From positions 24,198 through 48,197 of the forward strand of contig CAZOIM010000004.1 of NCBI GenBank assembly GCA_964579855.1: a stretch of 24,000 nucleotides of DNA, written 5' to 3'. Positions within the stretch are counted from its first letter, which is position 1. Each line of letters opens with the position of its first letter. Position numbers and translations under genes: made by a program. The notes under the pieces are model-generated. The model saw only the letters and a list, made by a program, of their open reading frames with translations. It ran no database searches and was not told the DNA's origin. Shown here piece by piece: positions 16,500 to 24,000 of the stretch. Source of the DNA: an uncultured Ignavibacteriaceae bacterium. GTDB taxonomy: Bacteria > Bacteroidota > Ignavibacteria > UBA10030.

Positions 16500-17219
16500 T
16501 TATTTTGTCAGTTCCAGAAAAACCGACTCCAATTTTCCGTCGAACTTTTGTTTGTACTCCTGCAACCGTTCTTGTGTGTCGGCAAATACCAGTTGACCAT
16601 TGTGGATGATGCCGATACGGTCGCATAGTTCTTCGGCAACGGGGAGGCTGTGCGTCGACATAAATATCGACACTCCTTCTCCGGAAAGCCGTTCGAGCGT
16701 TTCACGAACGATCTTGGCACTCCTTGGATCCAGACCGATCATCGGCTCATCGATAATCAACGTCTTCGGACGGTGGAGCAGTGCTGCTGCGATGCTGATC
16801 CGTTGTCGCATACCCTGCGAATAGTCTTCCGATCGCTTGTCAACCCATTGACCGATTTCGAAAAGTTCGATGATGTCCTTGATCCTGGTATGGAGAGTTT
16901 CCTTTTCAATTTTGTACAAACCTCCAGCAAAGTACATGAACTCCCGTCCTGTGAGCTTATCATACAAGAAGGGCTGATCGGGAACATACGCGAGCGTCGT
17001 CTTTGCTTCAATGGGTTGGAGAACTGTGTCGAACCCATTTACAAGAATGGTACCGGAGGTCGGGCTAAACAGACCGACAATCATCTTAATCGTCGTAGTC
17101 TTGCCGGCTCCATTTGGGCCAAGGAATCCAAACAACTCTCCTGGCTCCACTCGCAGGGAAACATTGTTCACTGCAGTAAACTTGTCAAACTTCTTTGTTA
17201 CGTTGTGAAGTTCAATCAT
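16500..17219 (-). CDS. ABC transporter ATP-binding protein (ABC-2/DrrA-like)
   Basis: 239 aa. Walker A GPNGAGKTT, Q-loop, signature variant YSQGMRQRISIA, Walker B LIIDEPMIGLD, and H-loop STHS. Confidence 0.9.
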   Translation of the reverse strand: MIELHNVTKKFDKFTAVNNVSLRVEPGELFGFLGPNGAGKTTTIKMIVGLFSPTSGTILVNGFDTVLQPIEAKTTLAYVPDQPFLYDKLTGREFMYFAGGLYKIEKETLHTRIKDIIELFEIGQWVDKRSEDYSQGMRQRISIAAALLHRPKTLIIDEPMIGLDPRSAKIVRETLERLSGEGVSIFMSTHSLPVAEELCDRIGIIHNGQLVFADTQERLQEYKQKFDGKLESVFLELTK

Positions 17220-17315
17220 ATTTGGTATTGAATAGAGTTTTGACCTGGATACAAATCAGACATCGGCCACACTGACAATTTACGGTGAGTTATGATGATC
17301 ACAACAGAATTTCAT

Positions 17316-18860
17316 TTACTCCCATTCGATCGTCGCTGGAGGTTTGGAACTGATATCATACACGACTCGATTAATTCCTCTCAACTCGTTCGTAATCCGT
17401 AAGGAGACAGACGAGAGAACGTCGTGTGGAATGTGAGCCCAATCTGCCGTCATTCCGTCGACACTCGTGACCGCCCGAAGAGCGCACGCGTATTCATATG
17501 TCCGTCCGTCTCCCATCACGCCTACCGACCGGACAGGTAACAAGACGACAAATGCCTGCCATATTTCGTCATAGAGATTCGCCCGTTTGAGTTCTTCGAT
17601 AAAGATATGGTCCGCCTCGCGCAACAGGTCCAATTTGTCCCTGGTAATTTCACCAAGAAGTCTCACGGCAAGGCCAGGACCAGGAAATGGGTGCCTCCCT
17701 ATGAGTTCGTCAGGGATCTTGAGTTCTCTCCCTACGGATCTCACCTCATCCTTAAAGAGCTCCCGCAACGGTTCGATAAGCTTGAACTTCATATTGCTGG
17801 GAAGCCCACCCACATTATGATGAGTCTTTATCGTCACTGACGGGCCTTTGAATGAAACTGACTCGATAACGTCGGGATAGAGAGTCCCCTGCGCAAGAAA
17901 TTCGATTTCCTGGGCAAACTTTTCCGCCTCGGCCTGGAAGATATCGATAAAAGTTTTGCCGATGATTTTTCGCTTTTGTTCCGGATCAGCAATGCCTGAC
18001 AATCGAGAAAGAAAGGTGTCGGTCGCATCGACGTACGAAAGGTCGATATGAAATGCATTTCTAAATGTCTCAACCACGGCATTGCTCTCATTTTTCCTCA
18101 TCAACCCATTGTTTATGTGAACGCAGTGAAGTTGATTCCCGATCGCTCGATGAAGTAGTACTGCGAGGACTGATGAATCGACGCCACCACTGAGGGCACA
18201 CAGCACCTTGGAATTGCCAACCCTTTCCCTGATCTCGCGTATTGCTGTCTCTATGAACGCAGTCGACGTCCATCCCCCTTTCGCCTTGCAAGCGTGAAAA
18301 AGGAAGTTCGAAAGTACCTTCTTCCCTTCCGGAGTATGGACCACTTCCGGATGGAATTGAACACCGAATATTTTCTTGTCGGGATTCCGTATCGCGCAGA
18401 TAGGAGCATTCTTCGAGTGTGCGATTGGCTCAAACCCTTTTGGCAGTTGACTTATTGAATCGCCATGACTCATCCAAACAGTTGTGGAGGTACCCATACC
18501 GGCGAAGAGATCTTCATTCTTGTCAATTTGCAGGACTGCACTGCCGAACTCTCTGCGAGCGAATGCGTCGACCTTTCCTCCGAGTTGATCCGCGATGAGT
18601 TGCAGCCCATAACATATCCCCAGTATCGGTATTCCTAAATCATAGATACCGGGAACGGGTTTAGGAGCGTCCTGATCATAAACGCTTGATGGACCACCGG
18701 AAAGGATTATTCCGATCGGACGAATTTGTCGAATTCGGTCGAGGCTAAGATTGAAGGGATGAATTTCGCAGTAGACTCCCAATTCCCTGACTCTTCGGGC
18801 GATAAGCTGAGTGTACTGGGCGCCAAAATCGAGGATCAGAGCAGTTTCTGTATGTTCCAT
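17316..18860 (-). CDS. guaA: GMP synthase (glutamine-hydrolysing)
   Basis: The GATase domain has the nucleophile context [10 protein letters not shown]. The ATP-PPase P-loop is SGGVDSSV. The C-terminal end PPATIEWE is typical. I chose the start at ATG 18860 ([32 protein letters not shown]) by comparison with the E. coli and B. subtilis N-termini. The ORF-track start (18920) adds 20 unconserved residues. Confidence 0.95.
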   Translation of the reverse strand: MEHTETALILDFGAQYTQLIARRVRELGVYCEIHPFNLSLDRIRQIRPIGIILSGGPSSVYDQDAPKPVPGIYDLGIPILGICYGLQLIADQLGGKVDAFARREFGSAVLQIDKNEDLFAGMGTSTTVWMSHGDSISQLPKGFEPIAHSKNAPICAIRNPDKKIFGVQFHPEVVHTPEGKKVLSNFLFHACKAKGGWTSTAFIETAIREIRERVGNSKVLCALSGGVDSSVLAVLLHRAIGNQLHCVHINNGLMRKNESNAVVETFRNAFHIDLSYVDATDTFLSRLSGIADPEQKRKIIGKTFIDIFQAEAEKFAQEIEFLAQGTLYPDVIESVSFKGPSVTIKTHHNVGGLPSNMKFKLIEPLRELFKDEVRSVGRELKIPDELIGRHPFPGPGLAVRLLGEITRDKLDLLREADHIFIEELKRANLYDEIWQAFVVLLPVRSVGVMGDGRTYEYACALRAVTSVDGMTADWAHIPHDVLSSVSLRITNELRGINRVVYDISSKPPATIEWE

Positions 18861-18865
18861 TGCCA

Positions 18866-18893
18866 AATATAGAAAAAAGTCTAGCTGCTTCAA
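18866..18893 (-). promoter_or_regulatory. Candidate promoter abutting the guaA start codon
   Basis: Minus strand has TTGAAG (18893->18888), a 16-nt spacer, then TATATT (18871->18866), with only 5 nt (TGGCA) before the ATG. Speculative. Confidence 0.3.
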
Positions 18894-19021
18894 AGAACAG
18901 TCCGAAACAAATGATGTCACACGTTTCGCTGTTGGAACGGAAGGAGTCGAGGAAGTTAGAATATCTTCTCGGACTCAATCCGATGACACGAATTCAATTC
19001 TTGAATCAACCAGAATGGGCG

Positions 19022-21436
19022 TTAAAAATTCATTTCGATTGTCTTCTCGGCCGCTGTATCCTTGGTTTTCACAATCACAGATTTGGTCGAACTGTCGTAC
19101 TTCCAGGAGGATTTATCCGCTGTGATACCCGAAATACTCACAGTCCGTGGCTGAAAAGTCACATCAACGAATCGAACAACCAATGACCGATCTGCCGGGA
19201 GGTAACTTCCTTCAGACTTAGTAAGCCTGAGAAAGATCTGGTTCTCCGTCCTCTTTTGTTCGAACATCCGTCGAAAATATACCCCTTGCTGGAACTTGAA
19301 CGAAATGCCGTCATCTTCGTAATAGAGTGAAGATGATGACGATGAAGGATAGACGGTCAGCGTTAGTGGACCGATCGGATTTTGATCAGTGAATTGAACC
19401 ACTTGTTGAGTAGGGATTGTCGATCCGGCTCTGACAAAGATTGGCAATCGATCGATGGGCGCCGCAACTTTCAATTGTGTGCCGCCTTCATATTTCTGTT
19501 CTGTCCAATAATCATACCATTGTCCCACAGGCAGACGGAGTTCTCTGGTCGTATCCGCCGGCCAAAGGACAGGAGCTATGAGGAGATCGTCGCCAAACAT
19601 GAACTCATCTTCGTTCGTAATAAACGACCGATCGTTGGGGTATTCAAACGAGAGAGGTCTCATTGCCGGGATCCCTGATTGTGATGCTTCATACATCGCG
19701 GTGTAGATATACGGAAGGAACTTGTAGCGCAGTTCAATGGTATGTCTGTTCACTTCCTCATATTTCGATCCGAACATCCACGGCTCTTTGTCCGGACTGT
19801 TAATGACCGAATGGGCTCTCATAAGAGGTGTAAAGACTCCAAGTTGAAGCCACCGGGCAAACAATTCGCCCGATGGGTTTCCAATAAATCCTCCAATGTC
19901 GGCTCCGATGAACGGTTGTCCCGAAATACCAACTCCAAGACACATTGAAAGCGCCATTTCAAGATTGTCCCATCGTGATTCGTTGTCTCCGGTCCATGCA
20001 GCAGAGAATCGTTGCCCGCCAGCATACGAAGCACGTGTGAGAACAAACGGTCGTTCTTCAGGGTTGATTTTGCGAAGGCCTTCGTAAGTCGCTTTTGTCA
20101 TGAGCATACCATACGTATTGTGATTCTTCGCGTGATCCGTGCGGAGACCTTCATCATTGTGAATAACATCCAGGGCTATGGTTTTGTTCGGACCATCAAA
20201 GACGGATGGCTCGTTCATATCTGTCCAAAATCCACGAACGCCGGCATCGGTCAGTATTTTGAAACTGCTTCCCCACCATGACCGTGCGTCAGGCTTTGAA
20301 AAGTCGGGGAACTCGCAATCGCCAGGCCAGACTTTTCCCACAAATGGCTTTCCGTTTGGATACTTCAGAAATACATCACGAGCGGAACCAGTTTGAAATG
20401 CAGAGTAAGATGTATCGACCTTTATTCCCGGATCCACAATAACAATGAACTTGAACCCATCCTTCGAGAGGTCATCTATCATTTTCTTCGGCGCGGGAAA
20501 ATTCGTCTTATTCCACGTAAAGATGCGATAACCATCCATGTAGTCAATATCGAGATAGATGACATCGCACGGTATTTTCTTTTCCCGGAATGTGTTCGCG
20601 AGTTTACGCACGCGGCTTTCGGGGTAATAACTCCATCGGCATTGCTGATACCCAAGAGACCATCGTGGAGGTAGAGGCATCCGGCCAACCAACTCCGTGA
20701 ATCGCGACAGAATAGCTTTGGGAGTGGGCCCAGCGAAGAAATAATAGTTGATCTCACCCCCCTCTGCGCCAAAAGAATAACGGTCAGGAGATTCCTTGCC
20801 GAAGTCGAAAAAGGACCGATACGTGTTGTCAAAGAAAATGCCGTATGCGCGTCCGAATTTGACCGCATAGAAAAAAGGGACGGACTGATATAAAGGATCC
20901 GTGTCTGCTTTATACCCTGGGATATCTGAATTCCACATAGTGAAGCTTTTATCGGTTCGATTCAGTGTACCTGCCTTTTCACCTAAACCAAAATAGTTTT
21001 CATCTAGTGGTTTCTTCTTCCAGACGCGGACCTCGTCGCCGTCCCAACCCATTCCGTTTGTTGGGTCATCTTCGTTTAAAACTGCCCCTGTCGAATCCTC
21101 GAACAGAATTCTCAACGGATTTTTCCGAACAATCACAGTCAACCTGGACATTTTTATGGCGATGTTGTCACGGGATGTATCGACACTGAAACTTGGTTGA
21201 TCCCAAACGGTCTCGATCACCGCGACCGAATTATCGGGCGTAAAGCGGCCATCTTTCGAAAGGTGGACGCGCACCATATCCTCGGCGAGAAAGGTCAATT
21301 GAAGAATTGCTTTTCCGGATGAGATGTCAATTTTATTTCCTGTGATTCTGAACGAATCCACTCTTTCCAATGAATGCCATTGAGAGCAAGCCGACGAAAA
21401 CAGGATGAGGATGCATATCAGTAATTGCTTTGTCAT
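19022..21436 (-). CDS. Glycoside hydrolase family 31 (alpha-glucosidase/alpha-xylosidase-like) lipoprotein
   Basis: The GH31 catalytic-nucleophile motif is GFWTDMNEP and the acid/base region is GADIGGF. I chose the start at ATG 21436 (MTKQLLICILILFSSAC, a lipoprotein-type signal) over the upstream ATG at 21502, which would place 22 polar residues ahead of the signal. Substrate specificity cannot be read from the sequence. Confidence 0.9.
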   Translation of the reverse strand: MTKQLLICILILFSSACSQWHSLERVDSFRITGNKIDISSGKAILQLTFLAEDMVRVHLSKDGRFTPDNSVAVIETVWDQPSFSVDTSRDNIAIKMSRLTVIVRKNPLRILFEDSTGAVLNEDDPTNGMGWDGDEVRVWKKKPLDENYFGLGEKAGTLNRTDKSFTMWNSDIPGYKADTDPLYQSVPFFYAVKFGRAYGIFFDNTYRSFFDFGKESPDRYSFGAEGGEINYYFFAGPTPKAILSRFTELVGRMPLPPRWSLGYQQCRWSYYPESRVRKLANTFREKKIPCDVIYLDIDYMDGYRIFTWNKTNFPAPKKMIDDLSKDGFKFIVIVDPGIKVDTSYSAFQTGSARDVFLKYPNGKPFVGKVWPGDCEFPDFSKPDARSWWGSSFKILTDAGVRGFWTDMNEPSVFDGPNKTIALDVIHNDEGLRTDHAKNHNTYGMLMTKATYEGLRKINPEERPFVLTRASYAGGQRFSAAWTGDNESRWDNLEMALSMCLGVGISGQPFIGADIGGFIGNPSGELFARWLQLGVFTPLMRAHSVINSPDKEPWMFGSKYEEVNRHTIELRYKFLPYIYTAMYEASQSGIPAMRPLSFEYPNDRSFITNEDEFMFGDDLLIAPVLWPADTTRELRLPVGQWYDYWTEQKYEGGTQLKVAAPIDRLPIFVRAGSTIPTQQVVQFTDQNPIGPLTLTVYPSSSSSSLYYEDDGISFKFQQGVYFRRMFEQKRTENQIFLRLTKSEGSYLPADRSLVVRFVDVTFQPRTVSISGITADKSSWKYDSSTKSVIVKTKDTAAEKTIEMNF

Positions 21437-21795
21437 GGGAAATGCCTTATGAATTCGTTGAGAAGGGGAATCGAGAGGTACTAGAACAAATCCTGAACGC
21501 ATGAAGCTCTGATTAAGATGACTAATTTTGGTAAATTAATCAACTTTAATGATCCGCTCTGAAGTTATCGGAATACTGTTTCAAGACTCGCTCCCATTGT
21601 ACGGAAGAATGAGTATTGAGTATTTGAAAACCAATCGATAATTCACGGTTAGTGCGTGTCCAATCTTTTGCACGGATTGACGTTTTCTGAAGACAGTACA
21701 AGATTATCCTCTCCTAAATCACTGGGGAATGGCAATTTTGTCCGTGGCATATCCATTGAATATGAGGACAACGATAAAAGAGCCAAGGTGATCAA

Positions 21796-22899
21796 ATGAA
21801 AAACCGAATAACAGCAATTATCTTCCTGACGATCTTGATAGTCTCACAGAACAGCAAATCAGCAATCCTTCCGATCCAGGATGTGGTGCCCAGGGCCATA
21901 AATCTTTTCTACTCGGATCTTGGACCATTCGGAGATTGGATTGAGCTAGAACCCGGATTATACGCATGGCATCCAATCTACGTTGACCCTGACTGGCGAC
22001 CTTATACGGTCGGACGATGGGTGTGGAGCGATTACGGTTCGTATTGGGTTACGGCAGAGCCTTTCGGTTGGGCAACCTATCATTACGGTCGGTGGTTTTT
22101 TGACAATCCGTACGGTTGGATCTGGATCCCTGACACAGTTTGGGGTCCGGCATGGGTCGAATGGCGTTCCAATGACGACTACATCGGATGGGCTCCACTT
22201 CCACCCTACGCACGATTTCACGTCACTGTTGGAATCCGTTTTACGAGAAGATGGGAGGCCCCACCCATCTACTGGTCTTTCATTTCCTATGATCACTTTG
22301 CATCAGAACGGGTATACCACAATTTCGTCCTTGAAGATCACACAAGGCGAATTATTGCTGCTACGCGCCCGACTGGACGTTATCAAATTGATCGAGATCG
22401 CATTATCGATCAAGGAATTGAAAGGAATTTCATCCAGCATCGCACTTCAAATCGAATTGAGACTGCAGAAGTGACTGAAACACTCGAGCGCGGGGTCGAA
22501 CGTGTCTCTTCTGATGGGAGGGGCGAACATATCAATATCTATCGACCTCGTTCCAGAGACATAGATAACATCGATAGGAAAATTGTTGCACGAAAAGCGG
22601 ACAGAAGATCTTCGTTAGAATTGGATGGTATCGACCGTTATCAGAGTGTACCTCAACGCAATGAACGGCCGTCGAGCAGCATCGACCAGCAGTCAAGACG
22701 TGGATTTTATCCTGATCAACAACTTCAACCACCTGAACGAGGCAACGAGGGTCAAACCAGACCTCACGTGAGAAGCGAACGATCTTCTCGAACCCAGCAA
22801 TTGATGCCGGCACCGAGAATCAATAGTGCGGATCCACGTCACACGAAAGACGAGAAAGATGGAGATCGCGTTGGCGCACGAAGGCGGGAAAGATTCTAG
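21796..22899 (+). CDS. Secreted Trp-rich repeat protein with a disordered Arg/Asp/Glu/Ser-rich C-terminal half (function unknown)
   Basis: 367 aa. ATG with AAGGTG 5 nt upstream. Signal peptide MKNRITAIIFLTILIVSQNSKSA. There are 16 Trp between residues 48 and 160, in repeated G-x-W / W-x-W / W-x-P units. Residues ~195-367 are low-complexity and charged. Confidence 0.7.
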   Translation: MKNRITAIIFLTILIVSQNSKSAILPIQDVVPRAINLFYSDLGPFGDWIELEPGLYAWHPIYVDPDWRPYTVGRWVWSDYGSYWVTAEPFGWATYHYGRWFFDNPYGWIWIPDTVWGPAWVEWRSNDDYIGWAPLPPYARFHVTVGIRFTRRWEAPPIYWSFISYDHFASERVYHNFVLEDHTRRIIAATRPTGRYQIDRDRIIDQGIERNFIQHRTSNRIETAEVTETLERGVERVSSDGRGEHINIYRPRSRDIDNIDRKIVARKADRRSSLELDGIDRYQSVPQRNERPSSSIDQQSRRGFYPDQQLQPPERGNEGQTRPHVRSERSSRTQQLMPAPRINSADPRHTKDEKDGDRVGARRRERF

Positions 22900-22945
22900 T
22901 GGAGTAACCACAATGGCGTCAGACTGGGTTGGCCACGCCAACACA

Positions 22946-23971
22946 TCACTTGGAAAGATGTTTCAGCAAATTCTCGAAATCTTCCGGAAGTTTTGAATCA
23001 AACTTTACCGCCGTTTTCGTTGCCGGATGCACGAATCCGATAGTCTTTGCATGAAGCGCCTGCCGGCTGATGAGTTTTAGGAGGTTCGCTGCCTGTTGAG
23101 ACTTTCTTCGATCCAATCCTCCCCATTCGTTGTTACGGCCTCCATACGTTGGATCTCCAAAAACCGGATGACCGATGTGCGCCAGGTGGACACGAATCTG
23201 ATGCGTCCTACCAGTATGCAGTTTTAGTCGCAGGAGAGTCAAGAATTCAAATTCTTTTATTACCCAATATTCCGTCGATGCATTTTTTCCCTCGGAAGTC
23301 ACGGCGACTTTCCTTCTGTCTTTCTTGCTCCGTCCCAATTTCGCTTCGATGATTCCATTCTTCTCCTTGAACCTTCCCCAGACAACAGCCCAGTATTCCC
23401 GTTCGATCGTTCGTCGGGCGAATTGCGCGGCGAGGAAACTGTGGGCGTGGTCTGTCTTTGCGACAACAAGCAATCCGCTGGTATCCTTGTCGAGTCTGTG
23501 AACTATGCCTGGACGCAATTCGTCATTAACCCCGGATAACTGCCTGCAATGATGAAGGAGCGCATTCACCAAAGTGCCGGTGTAGTTTCCGTAGGCAGGA
23601 TGAGTCACCATCCCGGCAAGTTTGTTGACCACGAGGAGTTGGTCATCTTCATACACAATTTTCAGGGGGATGGCTTCGGCCTTGGCTACCGACCTTGGTG
23701 GTCTGGAAAGGGTAACCTGTATATTGTCTTCAGGCAAAACGCTGTAACTGGATTTCACGGTCTTCCCATTCACAAGTACACGACCTTGAGTTATCGCCTG
23801 TTGAACTTTGTTGCGTGTGGCGTTCTCGACGTGTTGCGTGAGATACAGATCGATTCGGATTTTCTTCTGACCCGGGGGAACAACGATGCGCAAAATTTCA
23901 TTCGCAACGTCGACAACCCGATCGGGCATTTTAGGAGGGGGAATTGGAGGAACCGTCTTTCTGGAGATCAT
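22946..23971 (-). CDS. rluD: RluA-family 23S rRNA pseudouridine synthase (RluD-like, with N-terminal S4 domain)
   Basis: S4 domain (IRIDLYLTQHV...RNKVQQAITQGRVLVNGK), catalytic motif HRLDKDTSGLLVVAK, and GRTHQIRVHLAHIGHPVFGDPTYG. An alternative start at ATG 23929 (MPDRVV...) is equally possible. Confidence 0.9.
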   Translation of the reverse strand: MISRKTVPPIPPPKMPDRVVDVANEILRIVVPPGQKKIRIDLYLTQHVENATRNKVQQAITQGRVLVNGKTVKSSYSVLPEDNIQVTLSRPPRSVAKAEAIPLKIVYEDDQLLVVNKLAGMVTHPAYGNYTGTLVNALLHHCRQLSGVNDELRPGIVHRLDKDTSGLLVVAKTDHAHSFLAAQFARRTIEREYWAVVWGRFKEKNGIIEAKLGRSKKDRRKVAVTSEGKNASTEYWVIKEFEFLTLLRLKLHTGRTHQIRVHLAHIGHPVFGDPTYGGRNNEWGGLDRRKSQQAANLLKLISRQALHAKTIGFVHPATKTAVKFDSKLPEDFENLLKHLSK

Positions 23972-24000
23972 TGGGAGGATTATCCATTGGACGTGTCTCG

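Noticed and set aside
14754-17219. Gliding-motility ABC transporter GldA/GldF/GldG
   Set aside because: GldG-type proteins have large extracytoplasmic domains with few TM segments, and GldF is a separate permease of about 240 aa. Here a single 567-aa protein is hydrophobic along its entire length.
18861-18920. N-terminal extensions proposed by the ORF track: guaA from 18920, GH31 from 21502, LysM protein from GTG 10636
   Set aside because: The extensions precede conserved N-termini or signal peptides and add non-conserved residues. Internal ATGs at 18860, 21436 and 10603 give canonical N-termini, and 10603 has AAGGAG at 9 nt.
21610-21623. Tandem 7-mer TGAGTAT TGAGTAT, and the nearby TTGACG..AAGATT promoter-like element at 21677..21705 in the GH31/Trp-rich intergenic spacer
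   Set aside because: Two copies of a 7-mer in AT-rich DNA can arise by chance. The -10 candidate is weak at any legal spacing. I noted it only as a place to look for a regulator site.
22899-22942. Small hairpins between the convergent Trp-rich gene and rluD: GTGG-agtaa-CCAC at 22899..22911 and GTTGGC-cac-GCCAAC at 22928..22942
   Set aside because: The stems are only 4-6 bp, one has a 3-nt loop, and neither strand has a flanking T-tract. This is insufficient to call a bidirectional terminator.
1-24000. CRISPR arrays, IS elements, long direct or inverted repeats, retron/DGR-like structures, toxin-antitoxin pairs
   Set aside because: Intergenic space is small. The largest gaps are 7146..7938 (explained by the ncRNAs and promoters) and the 359-bp gap at 21437..21795. 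By eye I found no spaced repeats, terminal inverted repeats, transposase or reverse-transcriptase motifs, or small two-gene cassettes. A computational repeat search would be needed for certainty.

Overview
This is a densely packed, mostly housekeeping chromosomal window from a diderm bacterium. LolA, several lipobox lipoproteins and the general protein style suggest an FCB-group or Ignavibacteria-like organism, but I cannot verify taxonomy without a search. Of 21 genes, 19 lie on the minus strand. Reading along that strand from high to low coordinates: rluD, then a GH31 glycosidase lipoprotein, guaA, an ABC ATPase, a fused 12-TM permease, a cytoplasmic TPR protein, an exported TPR+PBP-type-I fusion and radC. 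Next comes a self-contained pair (small Lpp-like coiled-coil lipoprotein plus a coiled-coil/LysM protein) with its own promoter and terminator, then phoH, then tRNA-Ala(CGC) and a 4.5S-type SRP RNA, then rng, tal, gcvT, comB, ftsK and lolA (lolA runs off the left edge and is absent from the ORF track). The plus strand carries only mazG and a Trp-rich secreted protein with a disordered charged tail. I found no CRISPR array, integrase, transposase, phage structural genes or long repeats, so I see no convincing mobile or defence island. The least ordinary loci are three: the Lpp-like/LysM module, the ABC/TPR/(TPR+PBP)/RadC operon with an LpoA/CpoB-like domain fusion, and the Trp-rich protein of unknown function. 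All functional calls come from my own recognition of protein motifs. No database search was run.
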